From Hyphochytrium catenoides (taxonomy: Eukaryota > Protista > Hyphochytriomycota), in NCBI GenBank assembly GCA_900088475.1, contig FLMG01002914.1, positions 5,971-69,970 of the forward strand: 64,000 nucleotides of DNA. Direction: 5' to 3'. The translations under genes were made by a program, and so were the position numbers. The stretch's first letter is position 1. Each line of letters starts with the position of its first letter. The notes under the pieces were generated by a model that ran no database searches, was not told the origin of the DNA, and saw nothing but the letters and a program-made list of their open reading frames with translations. Shown in pieces: positions 1 to 11,661 of this stretch.

Positions 1-3000
1 TGGTCGAGACTGGCCAAACTCGTCTTCGCGTTAGCCAGCGGAGCTTGTACTCTGTTGCCCGTCTGAGGATTAAACCCAGGCTTGAAGATACCCTTATCGG
101 TCCCTAGCCGCGAGTCTTTGGCGTCACTGTCTGATGGCTGAGGAGTTTCCAGCGTTGACGACAATGTGCCTGGAACTCCACTGCGTGTGGTCTTGGTCTC
201 GAAGGTCTCAAACCTTACTTTTGTTGGCTTCTGTGCGTTCATTTTCACCACCCCTCTGGCTTCCTTTGTTGATGTTCCTCCGTCATCATCATCACGATCC
301 TTTCTAGACCTGGCGGCAAAGACGACGACAGGTCGGGGCTCCTGGGTTGTTGAAGGAGCAGAAGTGGAAGAACTCCCGCGAGTTCTGCCTTGAGAACTGC
401 GCGATGACGAAAAAGTCCCTCTTTGATTTGGGAGGCTGATGACGACGGGCGATGGAGCAGGAGACTCTCCGTTCTCCCGCGCGATTCCAGTATCATCTTC
501 CTCTGGCAGTGGTTGGATTGTACTCCTTTGTGGCCCCGTATCCCCTCCATCAGCAGTGGTGCCGGTAGAGTCTGAACTTTGGTTAGTTCCATCATCTGCA
601 CCCCGGTCATCTTGCCGTGCACTTGTCTTATCAGTAGTCGGAGGAGTAGAGGTTTTCTGTTGCCCACCCTTTCCACCTTGCCTTCCCTGACCTTGAGGCG
701 CCCGCGAAGTGTTGGCTTGCTTGTTCTCCTTGCAGCCTGACCACCACTCGTCTTGTTTGACGCACTTAAGATCTCCGCAGCAGGATTTGGAAGGGAACGG
801 GTCACCATTTGGTTTCTTGCCGCCGCACTGCTGACCAACCTCCTTCGCACATTGGCCATTGTTCTTCTGATTGTTGCCATTATTATTCCCGCCGTTCTTC
901 TGTTGGTTTTTGTCCTTGTTGCCGTCATTTTCCTGCTGATTGCTGTCTTTGTTGCCGCCGTTGTTCTGCTTGTTGCTATCATTGTTATTGGCACCGTTGT
1001 TCTGCTTGTTCTCCTTGCAGCCTGACCACCATTCGTCCTGTTTGACGCACTTGAGATCTCCGCAGCAGGATTTGGCAGGGAACGGCTCACCATTCGGTTT
1101 CTTGCCACCGCATTGCTGGCCAATTTTCGCACACTGGCCATTGTTCTTCTGGTCATTGCCATTATTGTTGTCACCATTCTTCTGCTGGTTGTTGTCATTG
1201 TTGCCACCGTTCTTTTGCTGGTTGTTGTTATTGTTGCCACCGTTCTTCTGCTGGTTGTTGTCATTGTTGCCACCGTTCTTTTGCTGGTTGTTGTCATTGT
1301 TGCCACCGTTCTTCTGCTGATTGTTGTTATCGTTGCCACCGTTCTTCTGCTGATTGTTGTTATTGTTGCCACCGTCCTTCTGCTGATTGTTGTCATTGTT
1401 ACCCCCGTTCTTCTGCTGATTGTTGTTATCGTTGCCACCATTTTTCTGTTGGTTGCTGTCATTGCTGCCACCGTTCTTCTGCTGGTTGCTATCATTCTTA
1501 TTGCCACCGTCGTTCTGCTTGTTCTCCTTGCAGCCTGACCACCATTCGTCCTGTTTGACGCACTTGAGATCTCCGCAGCAGGATTTGGCAGGGAATGGTT
1601 CACCATTCGGTTTCTTGCCACCGCATTGCTGGCCAATTTTCGCACACTGGCCATTGTTTTTCTGGTCATTGCCATTATTGTTGTCACCATTCTTCTGCTG
1701 GTTGTTGTCATTGTTACCCCCGTTGTTTTGCTGCTTGTTGTTATTGTTGCCACCGTTCTTCTGCTGGTTGTTGTCATTGTTGCCACCGTTCTTCTGCTGA
1801 TTGTTGTTATCGTTGGCGCCGTTCTTCTGCTGATTGTTGTTATCGGTGCCACCGTTCTTCTGCTGGTCGTTGTCCTTGTTGCCACCGTTCTTCTGCTGAT
1901 TGTTGTTATTGTTGCCACCGTTCTTCTGCTGATTGTTGTCATTGGTGCCGCCGTTCTTCTGCTGATTGTTGTTATCGTTGCCACCATTTTTCTGTTGGTT
2001 GCTGTCATTGCTGCCACCGTTCTTCTGCTGGTTGCTATCATTCTTATTGCCACCGTCGTTCTGCTTGTTCTCCTTGCAGCCTGACCACCATTCGTCCTGT
2101 TTGACGCACTTGAGATCTCCGCAGCAGGATTTGGTAGGGAGCGGCTCACCATTCGGTTTCTTGCCACCGCATTGCTGGCCAATCTTCGCACACTGGCCAT
2201 TGTCATTATTGTTGTCACCGTTCTTCTGCTGGTTGTTATTATTGCCACCGTCCTGCTGCTTGTTGTTATTGTTGCCACCGTTGTTTTGCTGCTGGTTGTT
2301 ACTGGTGCCGCCGTTCTCCTGCTGGTTGTTGGAATTGCCACCGTTGTTCTGCTGATTGTTACTGGTGCCGCCGTTCTTCTGCTGGTTATTGTCTTTGTCG
2401 CCACCGTTGTTCTGCCGATTGTTGTTACTGTTGCCACCGTTCTTCTGCTGACTGGTGTTACTGTCATTCTTTTGCTGGTCAGTACTCTGCTGCTTATTAT
2501 CGTTGCCGCCACTCTTTGGCTGAATAGTGCCCTGCTGAGCCGGTTTTCTAGTATCTGTGCCCCGCTGGGGACCCTCGCTTCCTACATTCTGCTTTTGCGA
2601 ATTGCTGGCCGCCCCGCTCCTGCTCTGCCTGCTGGGAGCTGCAGTGGCAGTTTCTTTGAGGCTCTCTTTCTGCACTGCCACGGTAGCGGCAGCTGGCTCC
2701 TTGCAAACCTTACCACCATCTGCATTCTGGCAAACGAGTTGGCCACAGCATCGCGGAGCATCGTCGTCGCCACCACCGCATCTTGTCATCCTTGCTAGAC
2801 ACTTGCCTTCATCCTCATCATCATCCTCATCCTTCTTCTCCTTCTTCTCTTTCTTTTCCTTCTTGTCCTCCTTTTCCATCTCATTGCCCTTACCGTTCCC
2901 CTTGCCCTTAGCCTTTCCTTTCCCCTTGCCCTTAGCTTTTCCTTTACCCTTGTCCTTCCCTTTGCCTTGCGCCTGATCCACCCCATCCGCTACAGCCTTG

Positions 3001-3200
3001 TCCGCGGTTGGCAATGCTTTCTGAGTTACCGGTCGCGGAGCAGATCCCGGGCTAGAAACAGCTTTCGGCTTGTCGTTTAACGGGGATGGCGAGGAGTCAG
3101 TCTCTGAGCAGCATGAGAGAAGCACAGCCATGAGAAGAACCAGGACGGCCATCCAGAAGCAGGACAACCGACCCGCTCTTCGCGGTGCACTCCGTATCAT
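1..3200 (-). CDS. Secreted N/Q/G-rich protein with four CBM1-like (cellulose-binding) Cys modules; 3' end lies beyond the window
   Basis: ATG at 3200; no stop seen in this frame in the stretches read down to position 3 (>=1066 aa). The ORF track lists only alternative frames. Reads MIRSAPRRAGRLSCFWMAVLVLLMAVLLSCCSE (signal peptide), a GK/KE/DE tract, a six-Cys module CLARMTRCGGGDDDAPRCCGQLVCQNADGGKVC, then QQKNGGN(N/D)N repeats separating four CAKIGQQCGGKKPNGEPxPxKSCCGDLKCVKQDEWWSGC modules. Confidence 0.85.
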   Translation of the reverse strand, partial: MIRSAPRRAGRLSCFWMAVLVLLMAVLLSCCSETDSSPSPLNDKPKAVSSPGSAPRPVTQKALPTADKAVADGVDQAQGKGKDKGKGKAKGKGKGKAKGKGNGKGNEMEKEDKKEKKEKKEKKDEDDDEDEGKCLARMTRCGGGDDDAPRCCGQLVCQNADGGKVCKEPAAATVAVQKESLKETATAAPSRQSRSGAASNSQKQNVGSEGPQRGTDTRKPAQQGTIQPKSGGNDNKQQSTDQQKNDSNTSQQKNGGNSNNNRQNNGGDKDNNQQKNGGTSNNQQNNGGNSNNQQENGGTSNNQQQNNGGNNNNKQQDGGNNNNQQKNGDNNNDNGQCAKIGQQCGGKKPNGEPLPTKSCCGDLKCVKQDEWWSGCKENKQNDGGNKNDSNQQKNGGSNDSNQQKNGGNDNNNQQKNGGTNDNNQQKNGGNNNNNQQKNGGNKDNDQQKNGGTDNNNQQKNGANDNNNQQKNGGNNDNNQQKNGGNNNNKQQNNGGNNDNNQQKNGDNNNGNDQKNNGQCAKIGQQCGGKKPNGEPFPAKSCCGDLKCVKQDEWWSGCKENKQNDGGNKNDSNQQKNGGSNDSNQQKNGGNDNNNQQKNGGNNDNNQQKDGGNNNNNQQKNGGNDNNNQQKNGGNNDNNQQKNGGNNDNNQQKNGGNNNNNQQKNGGNNDNNQQKNGDNNNGNDQKNNGQCAKIGQQCGGKKPNGEPFPAKSCCGDLKCVKQDEWWSGCKENKQNNGANNNDSNKQNNGGNKDSNQQENDGNKDKNQQKNGGNNNGNNQKNNGQCAKEVGQQCGGKKPNGDPFPSKSCCGDLKCVKQDEWWSGCKENKQANTSRAPQGQGRQGGKGGQQKTSTPPTTDKTSARQDDRGADDGTNQSSDSTGTTADGGDTGPQRSTIQPLPEEDDTGIARENGESPAPSPVVISLPNQRGTFSSSRSSQGRTRGSSSTSAPSTTQEPRPVVVFAARSRKDRDDDDGGTSTKEARGVVKMNAQKPTKVRFETFETKTTRSGVPGTLSSTLETPQPSDSDAKDSRLGTDKGIFKPGFNPQTGNRVQAPLANAKTSLASLD
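732..2197 (-). repeat. Four near-identical ~120-bp CBM1-like coding modules (~732-856, 1017-1138, 1530-1651, 2076-2197) with 30-33-bp NQG minisatellite linkers
   Basis: GCAGCCTGACCACCATTCGTCCTGTTTGACGCACTTGAGATCTCCGCAGCAGGATTTGG recurs; copy offsets of 285, 513 and 546 bp are all multiples of 3. Confidence 0.9.
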
Positions 3201-3852
3201 GATGATGTTTTGCTACTGGAGTCTACGCCTCGTGCATTGGACTTTGCTGTTCTGCTTTCGTTATCCGACCAAAGTGGTCATACTCTTCTATGCTCAAGGT
3301 ATTAGACGACAGAGGAGAGCTAAAGCCGGAAGGGGGGATTCACTAAGAGAGCACACCAAAAGATAGTGGCTGCAGACAGTCAATCAGGAGTTATATGCGT
3401 TAAAGAGGTGAGGCAGTCGGATGCGAGCTGAAGTTGTGGAGATTAGAGCTCACGCTTCCGAAGACTGCATCAGAGAAAATGTGATTATTAAGCTAAGACT
3501 GTCGGCAGCCGCGCGGCACCATGGAGAGAGAAGGGACAGGACAGACAAGGGTTAGATATGCCGTCCACCCACGCATCCCAAGAAGTGCCAGATGAGAAGA
3601 AAGATTCAGAGAGAGGAGAGAGACAAAGAAAGAGGAAAGGCAGAAGGATGGCCTAAGAAGAAACAGGAGAAGCAGATGACTGAAATAGAGTCAGCGCACT
3701 CTGTCGTTGCGTCATGTCCTCTAAGTTGGAAACAGAAGAGGAGGAGAGACAGTGGGAGAGAGTGAGAGAGAGAGAAGAAGTGCACAGACAAAGAAAGAAT
3801 AAGAGAGACAAGGAGAGACAGAGATCAAATGAGAGACGAACACTGCGAGAGA

Positions 3853-3855
<3 letters not shown>

Positions 3856-3900
<45 letters not shown>
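3856..3900. repeat. (GA)n microsatellite within a purine-rich tract (~3520-4300)
   Basis: Direct reading. Confidence 0.95.
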
Positions 3901-3903
<3 letters not shown>

Positions 3904-4429
3904 AGGTAAGAAGAGAGAAAGGTAGGAGAGAGGAGCCGTATGAAGAGGATGCAGAAGAGCACGGGAAGAGAAGTGAGGCTGTCTGTCTCCACGCTCGGGT
4001 CTTCCTCTGAAGAGCGATTCAACTCTCAGACAGAAGCAAAATTTCTTCAGAACGCTTCAACATGAACAGACAGAGTGGAGGAGATAAGGCTAGACCTATA
4101 GGATAATGGGTATCGAGAGGGAGAAAGAGTGAGAGAGAGAAAGGAGGATGCGGACGTGAGGCTTGTCTTGATAGAAAAGTTATAAGGGAGCGGGGGGAGG
4201 GAACATGGACCGAAGAGAGACAAAAGAACCAAAACTGGATCAGAGCAATCAGATCGTTAGACAGAGCAGGCAGTGTTTGAGCAGAGATATCCACGAGTCA
4301 GAGAAAGAGTGATGTATGCAGCAGTATTAATTACAATTGTCCTTAGGTAGAGATGTATGTTGATAACAGACAGAACAGAGTATCGCTAAACAGAGCAGGA
4401 GGAGATATATGCCCAAGCCTCTACTCATC

Positions 4430-4800
4430 ACCAGAAATGACAGGAACTTTCGGTCCAACCCGCGTCTCTAGTATATCTCCTAAATGCAGTAAGCAAATAC
4501 TACTACAGGGCTTTAGCCACTGCTAGAATTGCGTACTATTATTGGTGGCCAGTTCCAGTTTAGGCCTGGAGCTCGCCTAAAATCATGCTCTAGCCTAACT
4601 TTTCTCCCAAGTCTGTTTGGAACCATTCTAATTCAGGATCTAGTGGGGTTTGGCTTCTTGAAAGGATAAATTTCACTGTACTGGTTTCAAATATGGAAGA
4701 GAGATCTCTTTAAGGTGGTAGTACAGACAAGTAGGCTTCTTGTTTGAAGACCCAATTCTTCACTTTCTCCTCCTCCCTCGCCTACAATCTGCCAAAGAGT
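4430..4800 (-). mobile_element. Possible decayed LTR-retrotransposon gag-like relic
   Basis: Minus frame FGRL*AREEEKVKNWVFKQEAYL...LEWFQ, with TWE in a shifted frame; stops are TAA/TAG. Resemblance to gag judged by eye only. Confidence 0.25.
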
Positions 4801-4917
4801 TCAAAACTGTACTGTGATGATGATTCTTTTTTCTGATAACTATGAAGGCGGCGGCGGTGGAGAGCGGGTAGATGAGGAGGAGGAAAATGTCCAGGACTTT
4901 TTTGAAGCTCTTGTTTC

Positions 4918-5363
4918 CTCTTCTTCACTTTCTTCTTCTTCTTCTTCTCCCTCTTCTCCTTCTTCTTCTCCTCCTCCTCCTTCTTCTTCTCGTTCTCCTT
5001 CTTCTTCTTCTCTTTCTTCTTCTTCCCTCTTCTGCTTCTTCTTCTCCTCTTTCTTCTTCTTCTCCTCCTCCTTCTTCTTCTCGTTCTCCTTCTTCTTCTT
5101 CTCGTTCTCCTTCTTCCCTCTTCTGCTTCTTCTTCTCCTCTTTCTTCTTCTTCTCCTCCTCCTTCTTCTTCTCCTCCTCCTCCTTCTTCTTCTCGTTCTC
5201 CTTCTTCCCTCTTCTGCTTCTTCTTCTTCTTCTTCTCCTTCTTCTTCTCCTCGTTTTTCTTCTTTTTCTCCTTCTGTCTTTTTCTCCCTCTGCTGCTTCT
5301 TCTCCCTCTTCTTCTCCTTCTCCTTCTCCTTCTTCTTCTTCTTCTTCTTCTTCTTCTTCTTCC
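4918..5363. repeat. CTT/CTC trinucleotide-based pyrimidine tract with internal higher-order duplications
   Basis: Almost pure C/T; the block TCTCGTTCTCCTTCTTC recurs several times. Confidence 0.95.
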
Positions 5364-6079
5364 TAGTTAGTTATAGAGGAGATAGATATAAGAAGTAACA
5401 CCACATATTAACTAAATAATGTCGATGTAGAGCGGCAGGCATCAGAGTCTTCTAAGGAATGATGATCTACAGATTCTTCTTCTTTCATCTAGCATAGTAG
5501 ACGGCATTGCAAACGATCCGGCTGTGCAGGTAGATCACTCTTACCCCTCGGGTAATGTTCTCAACAGTCCGGTACGAGCCATAGCTAACTGGTCCGTGAC
5601 GTCGATCGAGAGAGCTGCAACAACAACAGGAGGGGTCTCAACCCGGGTCTTCCGCCTTATCTTTACGTCAGACTGAGGAGACTGCCAGCGCCGCTACCTC
5701 GCACAGACAAATCCTCCTGCCCTCATTATCAGAGGCAACCCACTATCAGAGGCAACGACTTGTTTGTATGTGCATGGCGGAGTGGTGGAGGCAAGACGAC
5801 TGATAGGAGAGGGTACGGGTTGACTTACTGCAGAGCTTTAGGAAGGCGTCTGCTGTCGATCGACAATAGAGCCGCCAAAGCATCACGATTATCTACAGAC
5901 GGGATGCATGAGTAAAGCTATGAGGAGGTACTCCTCGATTAATATGAGTAACTTTAACTCATACAGCATGACGAGTTACCCGCGGCTCTACCTACTATGA
6001 CTCATATTAATACCTCCCGCTTGACAGTCATATGAGAGTATACTCACGGGCTATGGGGCAGAAGAAGCACAGGACTCTA

Positions 6080-6295
6080 GACTATCAGACTCTCGCACAA
6101 TGCACTTTATTTTGAAGAAGTGACCGATCTGCAGTATCGGTGACTCCAACGACGTGAAGCTTGCAAACGCCACACTTTACTATTTGGCTGATCCCTGAAT
6201 GAGAAGTCGTCGGTAAACTTGTTTGGCTGTACCACCATGATAAGGATTATGACTGTCCTTGCCCGTGGGACACTCTTGTGCCGGAAACTTGCCTG
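6080..6295 (-). pseudogene. Decayed paralog of the 8710-9471 Cys-rich GPI-protein gene
   Basis: Collinear matches to ~9120-9295: identical CCTTGCCCGTGGGACACTCTTGT (QECPTGK), plus CGTCGGTAAA, GCCACACTTTA and TATCAGAnTCTC, separated by small insertions and frameshifts. Confidence 0.75.
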
Positions 6296-8709
6296 GCCTA
6301 GCCCCGTCACCGATCGTTGTGGTTGATCCCGTCCAATGTCCTCTCCCCCCACTTATTATACGCTTTCAATCTTCCGTGCCTGGACTGGTGCTCCTGGCTG
6401 CTTTCCTTCTTTTCATCCTCCTCCACCTCTTCGTCTCATCTTCAAGAAGAGAAATATTATCAGCAGAGCTTCGGCGGTCTTTCCTCCTAGAGACTGAATG
6501 TAAGTCTAGGGTAGAAGCCAAACATCCTGGCTGCATACGCTGCGCTACAACGACGCGATGCTACGTCGTCAAGTAGCATATCTATGACTGTTTGGGCCTT
6601 TTCTGATTGGACTACTACTAGCTAGCAACGTCGTCTTTTGGACAAACCGGTTTTCTTTCCCCTGTTGCGGGGCCAAGATGAGCTGCTGCATGCTGCTTGC
6701 AACAAGGGAAGAGGAGGAGGAGCAGATAAAAAGTATCGCTTCAGTGTTGCGGCGGTGGGTGTGGTGTGATGAAGTGTCTTGTGCTGGTGCCTCCAAGCAG
6801 TCCACCAACTGGAGATGATGCGAATCTGCCTTCTTCTTCTTCATTAAGTACCGCCTTCGTTCAATCTAACTATTGCCCTCACCGGGCATATTATAGCCCA
6901 AGCAACAATCTCCTCCGTGCCACACAGCAGATACATCATCACCTCCAGAAGAAGATGGCAGCAAAAGGTAGTCTTTCTAACAACGCCGAGTCAATAACAC
7001 CTACTCCGTACTTATTGATATTAGTAGAACCACAAGAAGATGCTATGTGGGTAGCCCTTGTGATAAGGAAGGAGAAAGGAAGGAGGAGAAGGGAAGAATG
7101 ATGCCAGTGGTGGCCCCGCAGCAGCAGCCGAGCAGCCGCATCACTGCGGCGGCGCTGTCGCCTCCGCTCCTTTCTTCATCCTCATCCTCAAAGCAAGAGC
7201 AAGAAGAGCTTGCCGTCAAGGAACGGCAGCAGCAGCAGCAGCAGCAACTGCTACAAATGGTGAATGAAGGAGGTGGTTGTTGGGCGACAAAGAAGAAGAG
7301 GAAGCAGGAAACAAAAACAAGAAGAAGAAGAACGAAGGAAGGAAGTGAACAAAGAACAAGGAGGAGGCACAATGAAGTGTGGCGACCTCGACCTGGGTGC
7401 TTACTGAGCAGTGTCCAAAGGAGGAAGTGCTGGGTGGGTGGGCAGCTGAGGGGTCCATCACTGTCATGGCGATCGCTGTCGCCTGCGGCTGCGGTATCAT
7501 CTTCGTTAATCTTCGTCACGGGGTATCATGGGGCACGCGCGCTGCGTGCTGCCCCGGTGATGATGGTGCAGCACCAATCCCTTTAGCTGAAGTCACTGCG
7601 GCGATAAATGCTGAACATTTGGGAAGTGGGGCAGTTGGACAAGAAGAAGACGGAAGCCGCAGAATCATTAGAAGAGCAAACTTGTCTTCAAAAAAAAACA
7701 ACCGACCAAAAGCTGAAGGCAATAAGTAACAAAGAGAATGGCGTGACTTGCGCCCGCGAGGCGGCCACATTGAAGCAGAGGAGGAGATGAAGCAAGCAGC
7801 AGCAGTGGATAGAGCAGCAGGAGGAGGATGGAGGACGACCAGCTGTAAGTGGTTGATCGCCGCATCTGCTGTTGAGTGGTTTGGATAGAATCTATGTGTT
7901 TGTGCTGACAACGAAGTGGCAGCCTCCTCCACTTCCGGCCGCTTCATTTGTCTAGTCTTTCTTATCATCTACAATCTATAGGCATCAAGTACACCGCAGC
8001 CAGCTTGTGTCGCATAAATAGATGTCAAGGTCATTAGTATACTAAGCTGGAAGAAGGATGGTCTTATTTATGGAGGAGTACAGAAGATAGAGGACAATAG
8101 GTGATGATTGAGCCCGCTGGTGGCCATCGAACTCCTCGTCGCCATCCTCTAAGCAAGCACAAGCACGGCAACAAGCATGTCAACAAGGGGCCGCGGTTTG
8201 CTAGCTCCATCCCTTCTTATTATTATACTTTTGTCCACCACCGTGAAGCCATCATGCTTTGACAGTAGTTGGTAGCTTGTTTTACAGCGCGATATTATCA
8301 CCTTATTGAAGAGTCTGTCAACATCCTTCAAAGGGGCCGTGATGATAGGTAGGTAGTCCTTCCTCCACATATCCAGGGGATGCTCCCTCTCCTAACTCTT
8401 TAGAGATATCAGGTTCCTTCTCGCATCCTAGTATCATCACTATGGGTTGCTCCTCATTCACTCAAAGCAGTCAATCGCTCTCTGTTATTAGCACTTTTAA
8501 TAAGCTCTGGACTTCCTCATCATCATGATGCGACACAGCATTAGTAGAGGAGATGTAGGATTAGTAGAGGCGATAACGAGGATGCAGCAGAGTTTCCTCT
8601 GAGGTCGAGTGGTTCAAGCTGTCAGTATGTTAGATGTAACAGCCAACGAATCTGTGAAAAAAAAGGAGATGGCTAGGTAACCACAGACGCGGACAAAGAT
8701 GAAAGGGTT

Positions 8710-9471
8710 CTACCCTCCTTCCGGCACCAAGAGGAAAAATGCAGAGACTATAAGGGGAGCTGCAAGTGATGGGAAAAAGAAGAAGAGGCGTCGCGCAGAA
8801 GGACCATCAGCACTGCTCTCCGCACTATTTCCTTCCGCTGCTGGTGTGGTGGGGGCATCGTTGGTGCTGTCTCCTGCTGTTGGAGGAGTTCCAGTGACTG
8901 GTGACGGAAGAGGACTTCCGGTCTTAGGAGGGCTATCAGTTCCCGATTCCTTCGCGGAGCCGGCCTTGCATCGATTCTTATAGCACGCGCCCTCCCTTGA
9001 CAAAAGGCCGCCGGATTCGATCAGGCAATCCTTGAATGTGTCCTTTTTGCAGTCAGGCAAGCACTTTGGAGCGCAGACTCTCTCTGCGTACTGCCAAATC
9101 TCTGAGACATCTGTGGCGGGGATATCAGAGTCTCTTATAGCACATTCCATGAGCTGGTCCATAGTGCAAGGGGATCCAACGTACAGCCTGCAAGTGCCAC
9201 ACTTTAGTTGATCCATGACGTCGGTAAATTTGGCCGCACACGTTGCATATTCACTGCCCTTGCCCGTGGGACACTCTTGTTCGCCAGGGTTGCTTGTGGG
9301 GGAGTCCACCAGAGACCTTCTTACTGTCCGGAGGGCCGCTTGCGCGTCGTCAACCTTACCCAGCGTCAGCACGAGTAGAAGGACTCCAGTAACGACGAAA
9401 GCCTTAAGAGTTGATCTGGTGCCTTTTCTCATCCCATCACCTTCGTTTCTTTGGACGGAAGTAAACTTCAT
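8710..9471 (-). CDS. Secreted 12-Cys protein with S/T/P stalk and probable GPI anchor
   Basis: Intronless ORF from ATG 9471 (MKFTS...). Hydrophobic AFVVTGVLLLVLTLG, 12 Cys, stalk GSPLPSPVTGTPPT, and C-terminal SSADG followed by hydrophobic LFFFFPSLAAPLIVSAFFLLV. Confidence 0.8.
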   Translation of the reverse strand: MKFTSVQRNEGDGMRKGTRSTLKAFVVTGVLLLVLTLGKVDDAQAALRTVRRSLVDSPTSNPGEQECPTGKGSEYATCAAKFTDVMDQLKCGTCRLYVGSPCTMDQLMECAIRDSDIPATDVSEIWQYAERVCAPKCLPDCKKDTFKDCLIESGGLLSREGACYKNRCKAGSAKESGTDSPPKTGSPLPSPVTGTPPTAGDSTNDAPTTPAAEGNSAESSADGPSARRLFFFFPSLAAPLIVSAFFLLVPEGG

Positions 9472-11661
9472 GATGGTCAGATAGATCCTTCGATGCCGCA
9501 AGCAAAGACAGGTACGAAATGCTCGTCTAGCGCTGAATGAGCTCAATAATATTTCTATGAGTACCCTAGCGTTGTTTCCCGTTCCTGACGGTCAGCAGAA
9601 TAAATAGGTGTTCTGATGCTCTGCTGGAAAGTTGGAAAGTGATCAGGCGCAGGGTCTGATACCAAGTCTGATGGATGGTTAGTAGGCAATCAAAGTCCAT
9701 TGTGGCAGTAGGGGCTTCACCAACAAAGCAACGGCGACTTTGTTCTCTGCCGCATTATATGATAGAGTAGTAGTCCCGCCTCGTCTGTGTTAGTCACGGC
9801 AAAAGACAGGACCTGCTGCTGCTGCTTTGCTATCCAGGGCTTGGTGGTTAGGAGAGGGAGCGCTGCTTCGATGAGACCAATGTGTCAATAAAATAAAGCG
9901 TTGTCCCGGCTCGGGTGCTGCGGCTCATTGCGATTGACTACGGGTCCCGTCCCTCCTACTGCTGCTCTAACTAGCTCAACTACTTTCCCATATTACTCCC
10001 TTGCTATGTACCATCCTCCTCGTCTAATGGTGGATCAAGCAGCAAGAAGAAGGAGCGGACCAGCGAGGAGTTGGCCTCCTTTCAAGGTCCCTTGTTCTCT
10101 CCTTAATAATGTGATGACGGAACCCCATCAACAACGCAGGCTGCTGCTCTTCGTGATATGGGTTACACGACACCCTCATCTTGTTAGTTATCTCTCATCA
10201 ATCTCCGCTTTTCGAGTGTACAGCGACGACTTGCCACCTTTCTTTGATACGAGGCCACAATGAGTTGCAAGAGAACAGGAACAGCAGGAGCACATGATGA
10301 GGGTCGCCCGCCTGATAGCAGCTAGCAGCAGTGTGAGGAAACCTCTTGTGATTGTCCCTCCTCCTCCCGTCTCTGGCCACTCGGGAGGAGGAGGAGACAA
10401 GGAGCAGCAATGAGAAGGCGCAAGCTGCAACATTAGCCCTGGGGCTAGAGTGGTTGGATCACAATCCAACCTGTTACATTAGGAATTAAACAGGAGACAT
10501 AGCGGCTGCTGATTGGGGCGATGTCGTGAGCTCTCTTTGTGAGGCCAGATGGGAGTAGTATGAAAACGGGAGAGAGGGATGTGGGTGGGGGTAGGGGTGG
10601 GGAAGTAAGAGGTGGTGGTTCGGGTTGTTGTTGCCCAGACGAGCAGCGGCCCCGCCACCTCGTCGTCCGTCCCTGCCCTGTCCCCGCCCCTGCTGCTCTA
10701 TTTATCATCATCACATCCGCATCAAGTAAGCAGAAGAGGATGAAGAAGATGATGTTCAAACAAGGAAGCGCGGCGGGCGGCGGCGACAGCGACAGTAGCG
10801 GAAGAAGCGCATATTAATCGGGAGAAGTAGAAGCTCGGCAGCAAGGCCAGGACAGACGAAGAAGAAGAACAACTATGTGCTGTCAGCTGCCTGCCTGCTT
10901 GCCTCCTCTCTGCTGTCGCGGTCGAAGGGAGAGGAAGGTGAGTGTGTGAAGGGGCTCACAGCATGCCAAGAGAGGCCGTCAGGTAAGCTGGGGAGAGAGA
11001 GTGAAGTGAGTGGGGTTACAAATGTTAGGCTAAGGCGGAGGAAGGAGGAAGGAGGGCGGAGGAGGGAGGGAGACTGCGATGAGAATAGCATGACCCCCCA
11101 GCCATCTCTGTCCTCCCTCTGGAGACTCGGGTACCTCGCCTGCCAATGCCTCTCCTCTGATCTCTCTTCATCATCATCATCATCATCAGAAGAAGAAGAT
11201 TGTCGATGGGTCTCGGTCGAGGCTCTAATAAAGGCTCAGGAGGAGTAGCGGACGAGCTACAGCGCGACCCAACGTCCAAAAGGGATCGCGTCGCCGTATC
11301 GCTCGCCGCCCCTTCCTTCAGTTCGCTGCTTCTTATGTGTGGTGCTGCGGCGCGCTACCGGTGCGTGTACTTCCTACTACTGCTGCTGCTCTTCGTGCTG
11401 CTGCTGTCATGAGGACTGGCGCCGCCGCGGTGGTCTGAAGTCACTGAAAAGGGAGTGATAATCCTTTGAACGTTTCCCGTCCTGATGCCACCACCTTCTA
11501 CACTAGGTAAGGAGCGAACTTACAAAAGACAGCTCTACCACGAAGACAGCAGCAGTAGAGCTGGTATTGTCATCACCAACCGCTTATCGCTCAGGGTCCC
11601 AATCAGAACAAGAAAAAACATCGCCACGAACATCATCATCATCACTTGACCAAGGAGAAAG

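Noticed and set aside
732-2197. Regular repeats resembling a CRISPR array
   Set aside because: In-frame coding repeats with mutually similar spacers in a eukaryotic gene; no cas genes.
245-2798. 755-aa T/R-rich minus ORF and hydrophobic plus-strand ORFs
   Set aside because: Alternative frames of the NQG repeat; only the frame from 3200 has a signal peptide and ordered Cys modules.
4814-5398. S/F/L-rich ORFs, and likewise those at 3606-4294 and 17053-17750
   Set aside because: Microsatellite artefacts.
7043-8370. Overlapping Q/R/C-rich ORFs, and likewise 9901-11412
   Set aside because: Low complexity with no recognisable domain; the lone papain-like GGHAILI near 11090 has no supporting motifs.
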